24,664 nucleotides of DNA from a virus (lineage: Duplodnaviria; Caudoviricetes), in the IMG/VR virus record IMGVR_UViG_3300023095_000011, positions 1-24,664 of that record, one strand, 5' to 3'. Below the pieces are notes generated by a model. The model did no database searches and had not been told where the DNA came from. It was given only the letters and a program-made list of their open reading frames with translations. A program made the translations under genes and the position numbers. This document shows positions 1-9,203 of the stretch, in pieces. Within the stretch, counting starts at the first letter, position 1; each line of letters opens with the position of its first letter.

Positions 1-1778
1 TCATAAAGTTTGTTATATTTTTCGTTAGCTTCTTTAAACTTACCGTTCCCGAACTTCTCTTTAAATTGTGTAAGTTTTGCCCCAGTATCGACATTCCAAT
101 TCTTCTGACCAGCCGAGTATGTGTTCGCGGCAATACCAAACGCATCAGCTAAAGCGCCAACTAGAACATTCGCACCGTTCTTTTCTTTGCTGAGTTCTAC
201 GGCGTTCGCAATCGGCAGAGGAGTGAGGGCGTTATTAAGTGTTCCACCTACCGTGACGGGATTGCCGTTAAAGTCTTTGTGGTTTAGAAATACTTCTTTA
301 ACAACCGAGGCAGCAGGGGAAAGTTTGTTCTCTAAGAAATTGGATATAACGTCAACGCCTGTCTGTGAGCCATAGCCTGAGTTTAGTTTACTTATGCCGC
401 CAGTTGTTGAGCTCTTACTGGATTGGCTGGCAAGACGTGCCGCAAGACTAGCAATAGAACTCATACCACCAGTAAGATCAAAGCGAGTATTGCCTACTTT
501 AATCTTCCCGAAATCACTTGACCGCGGGTCGAACTCGACACTGCCTGGCCGCACTAAGTTAGCTATAGCCATCACAGCAGCTGTGCCTGTGACAACTTTC
601 ACGAGGTTCTTAGCGGCCTGTTTGCGCACAAAAGCAGTCGTACCTTTTTGAAACTGATGAGCAGTAAGCGTATCGATGTTAGCCTTTACTGATCTAGGCG
701 AGAAGAAGATGCTATTCACTGTATTAGCTGCAGGCTCTAATCCGCCTAAGTGACCACGTCCAGTGAGAGCATTAACCAGCTTACCCATACTTTGTAGCTG
801 ATTATCATCTAGGTTAACGCCTTGTTTCTTAGCAACCTCTACGTACTTATCGAATACATCAGCACGCTGTCTATGAAGGAAACCTGTATAAGCAGACTCA
901 CTAGCCTTAAATAGACGCTTCACTCCAGGTATCTTTTCAGGTAGCTGGCTGGGGAACTCTTCTTCTACCGTGGCAGTGGCAAGTTTAGCTTTTTGGTATA
1001 AGTCGTAATTAGGGCGAGACACGATATCAGCCGTGACCTCACGCATCGCATCTTGACCCTTTAACTCTTTGGTTATGTCTTTGAATGTCTTAGCAGAGTT
1101 TTTAGCCCATTCCTTCGGATTTGTAAACATAGTCTTCCAGCCTTGTCGGAATATAGCGCTGTTATCAAGGCTTGCCTTCATTGATTTCGTGAGACTAGCA
1201 ACATTAGTAACTGTTTTGGCGGGGTGCATGTAAATATCGCTCAATTTACCTTTATTAGCTGCGTTCTTTAAATCGCTTACATAAGCCCCAAGATCAACCT
1301 TCGCACGACCATAATTAAGCCTGTCTGTTTCAGATGCGAATGTCCCGTCAGGCTTACGTTTACCTTTAAGCTCACTTACCTTCTGCGACATATTAGCTAT
1401 CTGTTTAGCTTCAGCTTCAGATACCCCATAACCCAACTTGGTGGCGGCAAGGTCTTTTAAAAACTGTTCATTCTCTGCGGGGTCTAATACCCTATCAAGC
1501 TTTTCAATACGGGATATAAGATCACGGCGTACCTCAGGAGTAATTCCTGCTACCTTCTTAGCCCACGAAATATACGCCGTCTTTTGGTTCTTCATGAGTA
1601 TCTTAGATTCAAAACCAGCGTTTACAAACTGTGCGTAATCTTTACCGACTAGTTTAGTAAAGTAAGCGTTTCTTTCATCACTTGAGAGCTGTGATAATTC
1701 GGCAGGGTTCAATTTACCGCTCGCTATTGCGCTACGGAATGACTCGATAACTTTAGGGGGAAGGCAGATTTTAGCCAT
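1..1778 (-). CDS. Large internal virion/DNA-ejection protein (polyvalent-protein/LPD38-like C-terminal region); truncated at the window edge and absent from the ORF track
   Basis: ATG at 1778 directly follows the TAA of the upstream ORF. Hand translation of sampled segments gives MAKICLPPKVIESFRSAIASGKLNPAEL... at the start, VEFDPRSSDFGKIKVGNTRFDLTGG internally, and ...EKFGNGKFKEANEKYNKLY still open at position 1. Helical Lys/Ala-rich composition and position after the tail genes fit an ejection protein. Confidence 0.75.
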   Translation of the reverse strand, partial: MAKICLPPKVIESFRSAIASGKLNPAELSQLSSDERNAYFTKLVGKDYAQFVNAGFESKILMKNQKTAYISWAKKVAGITPEVRRDLISRIEKLDRVLDPAENEQFLKDLAATKLGYGVSEAEAKQIANMSQKVSELKGKRKPDGTFASETDRLNYGRAKVDLGAYVSDLKNAANKGKLSDIYMHPAKTVTNVASLTKSMKASLDNSAIFRQGWKTMFTNPKEWAKNSAKTFKDITKELKGQDAMREVTADIVSRPNYDLYQKAKLATATVEEEFPSQLPEKIPGVKRLFKASESAYTGFLHRQRADVFDKYVEVAKKQGVNLDDNQLQSMGKLVNALTGRGHLGGLEPAANTVNSIFFSPRSVKANIDTLTAHQFQKGTTAFVRKQAAKNLVKVVTGTAAVMAIANLVRPGSVEFDPRSSDFGKIKVGNTRFDLTGGMSSIASLAARLASQSSKSSTTGGISKLNSGYGSQTGVDVISNFLENKLSPAASVVKEVFLNHKDFNGNPVTVGGTLNNALTPLPIANAVELSKEKNGANVLVGALADAFGIAANTYSAGQKNWNVDTGAKLTQFKEKFGNGKFKEANEKYNKLY

Positions 1779-3896
1779 TTAACACTTCAGACTTTCTGCG
1801 AAAGCTGACCAGTCCATTCGGGTTGGTACTTTCGGCTTTGCTACTGATTTAATTTTGGCGACTGTTTCTTTCTCTGCCTGACTATACGACTTCTTGAGTT
1901 GTTTTTCTATTGCCGCTTTCTTAGCATCAGCAACGGCACGCATCTGCGTGACCGCTGAATCAGGATCACGTTCTGCCAACATACGGATGCGCTGACCCAT
2001 ACCCGTAGCTTCTGAACTAAGGCTAGATGAAGTAGCAAGCTCCCTGAGTAGTTGTACGTCCCCGTTCTTAATCGCAGCATCTTCTAAGGCAACATAGACA
2101 GACTCAGGGAGCAGGCCTTCAGGTGGACGCTCTGTTCCCATAGCAATACGTCGAGCACGTTCACCATCTTCGTTTAGTAGACGCATGGCTGCATTAGACT
2201 GGTCTTTTACATTTACGCGGGCATACTCAGGCAGGTCGCGGAAACCTTCGGTTAATTTGGCATCTATGGCTTTCTGGTTTGTGGAACTTGCAAGTTTACT
2301 TGTCTTAATCTCAGGAGTTTGTCGTACTTCTTCTTTTATTGGCGTTGACGTGATGCGAAGCTTCTTTGGTTTTACTTCAGGTGTTTTAACGACGATAGGC
2401 ACATCCTGTCCTGCTTCTTGTGCCGCTATCAAACGATGCTTACCGTCCTGAACAAAATATTCACCTTTTTCCTTCGTAACTACTAAAGGTTCAATAGGCT
2501 TACCTGTCGCAATGTCATCTGCGTATTGTGCGACTCTGGCTTTATCGACATCACCTAGAGCATCACTGCCTAGTTTAAGCTCGGTCGGCTTCACATATTT
2601 AACATCGGCTGAGATAGTCTTGTCATTCACGACATCAGCATTCAACTTGTAAGAGATTTCCTTACCAGCATTCTTTTCTTTAGCCACGGCTTGTTTGACC
2701 TTAGCCTGCACGACAGCGTCGTCTGCACTCTGTGCGGTCTTCTCTACCTCTTGTATCTTTTTATCGACATTCTTCAAAGCCTCATCAACCTGTTTGACAT
2801 TAGGATTCTCGGCTTTAAGGCGGGTGAGCTTATCCTTTTCTGCGTTTAGTGGGCGAAGTGCACCCTTTGATTTTTCAATCGTGTCATTAAATACAGCTAT
2901 CTTTTCGGCATCACTTAAAGCAGGAGAGAGGCTTTTAACACCTTTACCAATAGCCACGCCGCCTGCTCCTAAGCCAACATCTAGCGCAGTCCCCAGCCCA
3001 GCATTTACGACACCTTTTTTGAGAGCACCTTTAAGTGTCGGGTCTTCACTTGCTAACTCTTGCGTACCACCCTGCACAAAGTTAAGTACGCCTGTCTTGG
3101 CAAGATTGGCGAGCTGTTCTTTACCAGCGGTCTTTAGACCCTGTTCAGCCAATTGCTTAGCAACGAGTCCACCTTGTCCGAGACTAGCTATATTAAGACC
3201 TGTGTCTGCCACAGCAAGTGCACGATCTTTCGCACTCACATCTTGGCTGATTTCTTGGGTTTTCTTTCCTACTTCTTGCTGAGCCTTCGAGATACTCCTT
3301 AGTGCTTCTGCATATTGATCTTTACTAAGCTTGCCAGATTTAAAGTCTGCCTGTATCTGTTTCTGGGCTTTATCTATCGCTTCCGAATTTTTTTGATTAA
3401 GCCTGTTCTTTGCAGGCTGTACTTTTGCATCGACATACGTTTTACCAGCCAAGAGCGCAGGTTTGACGATTGGAAGTTCTTTAGGATTAACTTTCTTACG
3501 GAGTTCTTTATTAATGTCGTCTTTTACGTTACTAGCTTCGGTCGGAGTAGTGTTTACCCATCCGTCTTTTTCTAGATTTATTGCTTGGTCAGCCGCTCGT
3601 TGTTGCTCTTTACGTAGTGGTGCATACGCCTTTTCAGCTATAAAGTTTCCTGGAGCACTTAATACGGAACCGAACTTCTGTAATAAACTTTTCTTCTTGC
3701 TGGGTTCAACTGCAGGGGTGGATTTCTTCGCCTGTTCCTCTTCGCGAGCCACCACATCCCAACCTTTTTTGGCAGGAGTTTTAGCATTATAATCGGCACC
3801 AAAAGAGTCATAAGGGTTTCCACCGCTTTGTTTTACTTTGGTGTAAGTATCACTTCCTTTGCGAATATCCTGATTGTATGGGTTTTTCTTAGCCAT
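1779..3896 (-). CDS. Internal virion/ejection protein with an embedded ParB/Srx-like domain
   Basis: 705 aa. Lys-rich N-terminus, Gly/Ala-rich hydrophobic segment (GLGTALDVGLGAGGVAIGKG), coiled coil, and the ParB-N motif IEPLVV...YFVQDGKHRLIAA. Confidence 0.7.
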   Translation of the reverse strand: MAKKNPYNQDIRKGSDTYTKVKQSGGNPYDSFGADYNAKTPAKKGWDVVAREEEQAKKSTPAVEPSKKKSLLQKFGSVLSAPGNFIAEKAYAPLRKEQQRAADQAINLEKDGWVNTTPTEASNVKDDINKELRKKVNPKELPIVKPALLAGKTYVDAKVQPAKNRLNQKNSEAIDKAQKQIQADFKSGKLSKDQYAEALRSISKAQQEVGKKTQEISQDVSAKDRALAVADTGLNIASLGQGGLVAKQLAEQGLKTAGKEQLANLAKTGVLNFVQGGTQELASEDPTLKGALKKGVVNAGLGTALDVGLGAGGVAIGKGVKSLSPALSDAEKIAVFNDTIEKSKGALRPLNAEKDKLTRLKAENPNVKQVDEALKNVDKKIQEVEKTAQSADDAVVQAKVKQAVAKEKNAGKEISYKLNADVVNDKTISADVKYVKPTELKLGSDALGDVDKARVAQYADDIATGKPIEPLVVTKEKGEYFVQDGKHRLIAAQEAGQDVPIVVKTPEVKPKKLRITSTPIKEEVRQTPEIKTSKLASSTNQKAIDAKLTEGFRDLPEYARVNVKDQSNAAMRLLNEDGERARRIAMGTERPPEGLLPESVYVALEDAAIKNGDVQLLRELATSSSLSSEATGMGQRIRMLAERDPDSAVTQMRAVADAKKAAIEKQLKKSYSQAEKETVAKIKSVAKPKVPTRMDWSAFAESLKC

Positions 3897-3905
3897 GCGT
3901 TAGCC

Positions 3906-4610
3906 CTATTTGGCGTAACGCCAGTCTTTCGTAGGGTCACCAGACCGATTATATGTACTATTAAATAAATCCCAATAGCCTTGTCGATTGTTTTTAGATA
4001 CGCCATTCTGTTCAAACCACGCATCAGCCCATGCGTCCTGAGCTTGTCGGGTGATCTTAGTATTCCCAGCACCGCCAGCGCCCTTGAATTGGTTTCCTAT
4101 ATAGTCTAAGAACTCTGCTCCTGGGTCTACGCTCTCCGCTTTAGCCTTCTGACCAGCTGAAACATTGAACTGACGCTTGCTCTCATTAGCCTGTTGTTGT
4201 TTTAGGGCGTAATCCAATTGATCTGCGAGGCTTTGACGTTTGTTCTTATAGCCTGATTCAGCTAAGCCAATCTTCGTATCAGCCTCACCAAGTAGTGATT
4301 TAAGTGCATCCTGTTGGATACCAAAGCTCTTACTCTGATCGTTGTATGCTCCAACAAGCGGTTCTCGTTCCATATTAACAAGGCGTTGTCTCTGTGCTTC
4401 AGTTACAAGTGAGCCTGATGTACGTCCTGTGACTGATGGGTCAACAGCTTTAATAGCATTCTCTGAATTAAGAAGTTGCGTTTGTAGACCCTGCACTCGT
4501 GCACGGGCATCAGGTATACCGAGCTGTGCCGTGACTGTATTGTAGACTTCGGTTGGGTTATAACCTTTATCCACTTCTGCTATTTGTCGGGCTAAATCAT
4601 CGGGGTTCAA
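3906..4610 (-). CDS. Putative internal virion (ejection/pilot) protein
   Basis: 234 aa, TTG start with GGAG 7 nt upstream. Gln/Ala-rich helical sequence; first gene after the tail module. Confidence 0.6.
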   Translation of the reverse strand: MNPDDLARQIAEVDKGYNPTEVYNTVTAQLGIPDARARVQGLQTQLLNSENAIKAVDPSVTGRTSGSLVTEAQRQRLVNMEREPLVGAYNDQSKSFGIQQDALKSLLGEADTKIGLAESGYKNKRQSLADQLDYALKQQQANESKRQFNVSAGQKAKAESVDPGAEFLDYIGNQFKGAGGAGNTKITRQAQDAWADAWFEQNGVSKNNRQGYWDLFNSTYNRSGDPTKDWRYAK

Positions 4611-4662
4611 AGTAAATCTCCGCTATTAAAGCCGAAGTGAGCCTGTTGAGTAAAGTATATCA
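4611..4662 (-). promoter_or_regulatory. Extended -10 promoter plus conserved leader motif (site A)
   Basis: mRNA strand: TGATATACT-ttactc-aacAGGCTC-actt-CGGCtttaatagcGGAGatttactTTG. Confidence 0.7.
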
Positions 4663-5331
4663 TTAGTTAGCCGTTTCTTGCAGTAGGTAGTAGACAACGT
4701 TAAATGCACTAGAAGTAAACCCAAATGCACCTGTTAACATTACACTGCTTCTAAAATAAATATTTGTACTGTCTATAGCTACGCCTACATTTGTCCACGC
4801 TACACTCTTACCCCCACCACCCGTTGACAACGCATAGCTATAAGGTAGTGAATTATTAGTCCCTACATCTCCCAAGAAGGCAAGTATGGCAGGCGTATAA
4901 CTTAAACCGTGTGCCACTGTAGTCGTTGTCTCACCACTAGTAAAGTTAGTTGCGCCTGGGCTTCCAACGACAAAACTACTTATTGTAGCTGTGCCCTTGC
5001 TAACTATTTTAAATGTATTCTGCGAACTGTTAAATATAAGCTGATCCGCTGTGGCTGTATTAACATCGAATCCAGCCTTTGAAACTTTAAGCCCGTAGAA
5101 ATCTACACCAGCACTAACGCCGTTCTGTTGGTACCCCATCAATACCCTTGTCTGAGTAGCATCTCTTACTAATGCGGTTCCTGACCGTAGGTCAACACCA
5201 TACCCTGTTGTCTGCCACTGTGAAACCCTGCCATCATCTTGTGGGCGCAGAGACTCATTAAGCGGTGTTACGGTCGAACTTGCTGGTTCGTTCGTATACT
5301 TTACTTCATCGTTTGCGGGTACATCAGCCAT
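4663..5331 (-). CDS. Tail tip/fibre-associated structural protein
   Basis: 222 aa, beta-rich. Contains YGLKVSKAGFDVNTATADQLIFNS and VAHGLSYTP motifs typical of phage tail proteins; TAATG-coupled to the upstream gene. Confidence 0.55.
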   Translation of the reverse strand: MADVPANDEVKYTNEPASSTVTPLNESLRPQDDGRVSQWQTTGYGVDLRSGTALVRDATQTRVLMGYQQNGVSAGVDFYGLKVSKAGFDVNTATADQLIFNSSQNTFKIVSKGTATISSFVVGSPGATNFTSGETTTTVAHGLSYTPAILAFLGDVGTNNSLPYSYALSTGGGGKSVAWTNVGVAIDSTNIYFRSSVMLTGAFGFTSSAFNVVYYLLQETAN

Positions 5332-7223
5332 TAGTCAGCCTCCGATTTAAGTGATTCCCATATGACTGTTGCACCGATAATCTCAGGAGTGGTTGTGGTC
5401 GCGACAACATCTATAGCTATCTGGAGTTCTTTATACCGCTTATTAATAGGTAAAAGGGCAAAGGTACTTCCTGCCACTGCGGTTGTACCTGATACGTAAC
5501 TTCCTCTATCTATCTTGTACTTTGGAGTAACCGTCGCCCCCGTTGGAAGGGTTTTAAAGTCTATACGTAGAGAGACAGCCATTTTAGTCTTGTCAGGACG
5601 ACCGTTATCTATGAGTAGGCTTTCCCACGTTGCATTTGAGAATGGCGGCGAATTAGGGTCAACCTTATCTACTCCGTACCTCTGTCCAACTATCTGGGAG
5701 TCATCCCGCCAACTTATGAACAACTTATCCCCAAAGCTTTTGATCATCCCTATACGAAGGTTATTCGAGCCTGTGTTTAAACGGCTTCCTGTAGACATAG
5801 AATAAGAAAACCCGAAAGACGGTTCGTAGTTCTTATTTCGTTTGCCGTAAGAGTAGACACCATGTTCAATGTTCGTACTATTTGTCTCAGATGGGAAAGC
5901 ACCTAATAACACGCTATTACGAACGGCAATAGAATATGGGTAGTTCACCATATAAGTATTTGAGTTCGTAAACTCGAAATCCGTATTAGGCATTTGGAAA
6001 ATAGGCACGGGGTTTCCACCGCTCCAAGCCCACCACTTACCATTCGCAAAGTAGTACACGATATTACCTTGTGAAAATGCTCCGTACGGTGACCCTTCGG
6101 GGACATCTATGATTCTGTTATATGAAACCGATGTGCCATCCCATATGAATAGTTTACCTTCTTGGTATTCATTTGTGGCGCTCGTAGAGCGCTTCTCGCA
6201 GGCGATAACTACATATTCGTCCCAACGGGCAAATGAGGTGACTGAGTAGCCTGGAGGGAACGTAAGACGGTGACGAACCCACTCTACATTCGATGGACTA
6301 GACTGTGATATCGGCTCCCATGCTGTGACGTATCGCTCATTACCGATCAGATAATACTGGAGAAACTCAATTATAGGGTGGAATCCATTCGTAGGAAGGA
6401 TGAGACGATTAACATATTCCTCAAACCGTGCGCCACTCAAATCGTTTGGATTAGCGGTACCTATTGTTGAAGCAGTACCGTTTGAATGGGTTATATGAAA
6501 ATGATATGTACCTGCATTAGGCTTCACAAGCATACGAACGGGTGAAAATGTGAATTGATTAAGGGAACCGCTGGAGATGCTTGCGTTTGGCAGAGTTGAC
6601 GTGCCGAGGATGTTATTGGCCGCATCATGCATCGTGACGGTCAAATCACCTGTTCCCTTAGTTGTTACCCATATACTTATACTAACCAGTGGTTCAATAG
6701 TCGGCGTAATGTTGAGTTTATTGGTCATGTATTCGTCAATAGAGCTTTGTGTCGTATAGGTATTAGGGGAGCCTGTAGCCGATTGATCAATCTGTGAGCC
6801 AAAAACATCAGCCATTACCCCCATCGTACCGCCGAATCTTCCATCAGCATTCGTTATAGCATGGAATGTCGTATTTCCCGCTACGTATACCGTATCGTGC
6901 TGGTTGTTATACACCATGCCGAATGTGGTACTAGGTAGGCTTGAACCAAATTTAGACCACGTACCGCCCGCTGTCCGAGTATATATTCCCCCGCTTGCAT
7001 CTATTGCGACATACTTTCCTGACGGGAGCTGTATCATATTCGTCACAAGATCGGTCACAATCATGCCAGTTTCTTTTACAGTGCTTGGAAGAATCGTTAA
7101 CAGACGCGGGTCTTTACGGAAGTCCATGTGGCGTGAATAGGAAAAGCTATCTTTAACGCCTTCTTTCAGACCACCCGTGCTCCAACCATTCACGAATCTT
7201 TCAAATACTAATGCATTCTTCAT
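5331..7223 (-). CDS. Podovirus tail nozzle/hub-like protein (P22 gp10/T7 gp12-like, probable beta-propeller)
   Basis: 630 aa, rich in beta strands and aromatics (LFIWDG, WWAWSGG); directly follows the adaptor gene. Confidence 0.6.
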   Translation of the reverse strand: MKNALVFERFVNGWSTGGLKEGVKDSFSYSRHMDFRKDPRLLTILPSTVKETGMIVTDLVTNMIQLPSGKYVAIDASGGIYTRTAGGTWSKFGSSLPSTTFGMVYNNQHDTVYVAGNTTFHAITNADGRFGGTMGVMADVFGSQIDQSATGSPNTYTTQSSIDEYMTNKLNITPTIEPLVSISIWVTTKGTGDLTVTMHDAANNILGTSTLPNASISSGSLNQFTFSPVRMLVKPNAGTYHFHITHSNGTASTIGTANPNDLSGARFEEYVNRLILPTNGFHPIIEFLQYYLIGNERYVTAWEPISQSSPSNVEWVRHRLTFPPGYSVTSFARWDEYVVIACEKRSTSATNEYQEGKLFIWDGTSVSYNRIIDVPEGSPYGAFSQGNIVYYFANGKWWAWSGGNPVPIFQMPNTDFEFTNSNTYMVNYPYSIAVRNSVLLGAFPSETNSTNIEHGVYSYGKRNKNYEPSFGFSYSMSTGSRLNTGSNNLRIGMIKSFGDKLFISWRDDSQIVGQRYGVDKVDPNSPPFSNATWESLLIDNGRPDKTKMAVSLRIDFKTLPTGATVTPKYKIDRGSYVSGTTAVAGSTFALLPINKRYKELQIAIDVVATTTTPEIIGATVIWESLKSEAD

Positions 7224-8104
7224 GGTATCTGTAAGTCTCTTCTATAATGGGTATACCCGCTACTGAGACGAGGGCTCCTAAAGTAGTTAGACGTGGTCTT
7301 TGAATTGTAGTTTGCCTTACAATCTAACAAAGATTCGTCAAAGCTTGCCTTCATATCTTTAGCAGCGCCAACATCCCGACGGCGACGGTAGTATCGAAAT
7401 AGAGCGTAATCAATGAGAGACTCGTGGTATTCTTCTGGGATATCTGGCACTTCACCTATCAGGTACGTTTTTGTACCTCCTGATGTCCCGCCGTATGTAT
7501 TCTCAAGTGTTATGTGTGTCGAGTCGGTGAATGAAGCAATTTTGTACCCCATACCATCTGCTGAACCATCCGTTACAAATAGTACACGACCAACCATACT
7601 TGTTGTCCACGTTGTCCCCGTACCCACTACGGCAGACGATCCTGCAGTCATAGTGACAGTCCCTGTAATGTAATCATCCTGCGTCATGTCACGCATCGAG
7701 TGTTCATAGGTGAGAGTGCCCGTGTTAACCCCTGATGGTGTCGGCCATATACCGAACTGGTCATTGCCTTCAACAAAGAAGTATTCAGGTACGCTTGATG
7801 TCTGTGTTCGCATAGTTACTGCTTGCCACATTTGTTCATCGACGATTTCCTCAAGCGGATACGCAACTGAGCCTACATTGACTGTGATAGTTTTCACTCG
7901 GATACAGTCTTCAGGTGTCTGATAATAGGTCTGTGAAGCAACAGTTAAGAATGTCTGCTTACGATTTCGCCAATCCCGTCTTAATAGAGCACCGAATTTT
8001 CGCATACCCTGATTGACCGCCCTCTTTAATAAAACAGTCGTTGCGGCGGAATCGTCTTCTGCCTGTGCTTGTGCCTCTGAGATAATCTGAGCAAAAGTAA
8101 TCAT
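7220..8104 (-). CDS. Head-to-tail adaptor protein with an inserted beta-sandwich domain
   Basis: 294 aa. Helical N-terminus (ITFAQIISEAQ), YQTPEDC, IWPTP and C-terminal PDIPEEYHESLIDYALFRYY are typical of podovirus adaptors. Confidence 0.7.
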   Translation of the reverse strand: MITFAQIISEAQAQAEDDSAATTVLLKRAVNQGMRKFGALLRRDWRNRKQTFLTVASQTYYQTPEDCIRVKTITVNVGSVAYPLEEIVDEQMWQAVTMRTQTSSVPEYFFVEGNDQFGIWPTPSGVNTGTLTYEHSMRDMTQDDYITGTVTMTAGSSAVVGTGTTWTTSMVGRVLFVTDGSADGMGYKIASFTDSTHITLENTYGGTSGGTKTYLIGEVPDIPEEYHESLIDYALFRYYRRRRDVGAAKDMKASFDESLLDCKANYNSKTTSNYFRSPRLSSGYTHYRRDLQIP

Positions 8105-8841
8105 TATATAGCCAGTACGAGTATGTAGCCTCTCGCTACGGTGTTACGAACATCTACAGTACCTGCACTTGTACCCAGAGTTAGACAGACATCACGGCTT
8201 CCTGCTGCAGGAGCCGCTAGATAACCTATAAGAGAGTGAGTGTAGGCTGATCCTGAAGTTACGGTATCACTAGCAATAGTTATAGCTGTTGCACCAGTAG
8301 TTGCACCATCACGGATAACAAATGTCTCACCGCCTGTACTGGTCTGCTGGATGACATTAATCTGTGCATAGATCATTACATCTCTACCGCCCGCAGGAAC
8401 GGTATAGTTGAGGGATGTACCCGAAGAAAGGTTAAGAAGTGTAGTGGCTGTTATACCTGTCTGGTCGCTAGCTGAGGTCTGCTTATAACCAAGTCTGATA
8501 GCGCTCGTAGAAAGAAGGGGGGCGGTGATTGCATTATTAGGGAATGCCGTAGCGCTTAGTTGACCGCCATTGGCTGTGTCTGCGTGTGTATGGTTCGCAT
8601 TGGTAAAGCTACTAACTGTAGGAGTTGCTGTCCATGCAGATGTTCCCACGCCGTTCCCTTGTAATATAAGACCAGCTGTTGGGGTTGATGCGCCAGTTCC
8701 TAATTTGGTAGCGAGGGCTGGTATCTGGATTTCAAAGTCATTTAAAAGACCAGTTAAACCTATGCCGCCTGCTGTTCCATTAGGCGTGTCTGCACCTGCA
8801 GTGACTGAGTATGATGGTATGCCAGTTGGGAAATTAGCCAT
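8104..8841 (-). CDS. Tail fibre/spike-like structural protein
   Basis: 245 aa, Thr/Gly/Ala-rich. MANFPT start, HTH-type fibre motif (ANHTHAD) and a C-terminal beta-sandwich. Confidence 0.6.
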   Translation of the reverse strand: MANFPTGIPSYSVTAGADTPNGTAGGIGLTGLLNDFEIQIPALATKLGTGASTPTAGLILQGNGVGTSAWTATPTVSSFTNANHTHADTANGGQLSATAFPNNAITAPLLSTSAIRLGYKQTSASDQTGITATTLLNLSSGTSLNYTVPAGGRDVMIYAQINVIQQTSTGGETFVIRDGATTGATAITIASDTVTSGSAYTHSLIGYLAAPAAGSRDVCLTLGTSAGTVDVRNTVARGYILVLAI

Positions 8842-9023
8842 TAGCTTACACTCACATATGTTGTCGGTTGTTTATTAGATAGCTGGTTAGGAACGATTGG
8901 GGTGAAGTACCCATTCATATAAGCGACCGTGCTGTTTAGGGTTATAAGAGTGCTGTTGAGCGTCCACTTACTTGCTAACGCATCTGCGGTTGAGCTGATA
9001 TATGTAGTTGTTGGTTTTGCCAT
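8841..9023 (-). CDS. Small hypothetical virion protein
   Basis: 60 aa, SD GGAG, TAATG-coupled to the next gene. Similar ends (KPTTTY / KQPTTY). Confidence 0.6.
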   Translation of the reverse strand: MAKPTTTYISSTADALASKWTLNSTLITLNSTVAYMNGYFTPIVPNQLSNKQPTTYVSVS

Positions 9024-9091
9024 AAAGTCTCCATTAAAGAGCCGTATGAGCCTGTTGTCTATATAATAAGGTAATTAGTTCGTTAGGGCAA
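9024..9091 (-). promoter_or_regulatory. Sigma70-like promoter plus conserved leader motif (site B)
   Basis: TTGCCC (9091-9086), 17 nt, TATTAT (9068-9063), then atagac-aacAGGCTC-ata-CGGCtctttaatGGAGactttATG. Confidence 0.7.
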
Positions 9092-9203
9092 TGTAGATGA
9101 TGTACGCCGTACAAATTATCGTTGTAAAGAACATGCCTATGATCCCTCTATACATCCATTTGTGAACAATGTAGATTTGTTCATTTTCGGGTAGTTTTTT
9201 CAC
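9075..9203 (-). CDS. Small single-pass membrane protein, 42 aa (not in the ORF track)
   Basis: GTG overlaps the upstream TGA (GTGA). Translation: MKKLPENEQIYIVHKWMYRGIIGMFFTTIICTAYIIYIALTN*. Confidence 0.6.
   Translation of the reverse strand: MKKLPENEQIYIVHKWMYRGIIGMFFTTIICTAYIIYIALTN

Noticed and set aside
121-3792. Plus-strand ORFs such as 121-375, 394-651, 2695-3282 and 3463-3792
   Set aside because: They are antisense shadows of long minus-strand genes, with no SD or recognisable motifs. The same applies to the other plus-strand ORFs in the window.
3890-8850. Weaker motif-like strings at gene starts: GGCTA-acgca-TGGCT (3896), GGCTG-actaa-TGGCT (5331) and AGCT-aa-TGGCT (8841)
   Set aside because: They lack the GCTC half and the 3-4 nt spacer, TGGC arises trivially from ATG-GCN starts, and no -10 box is present. 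Not counted, but worth rescoring with a PWM.
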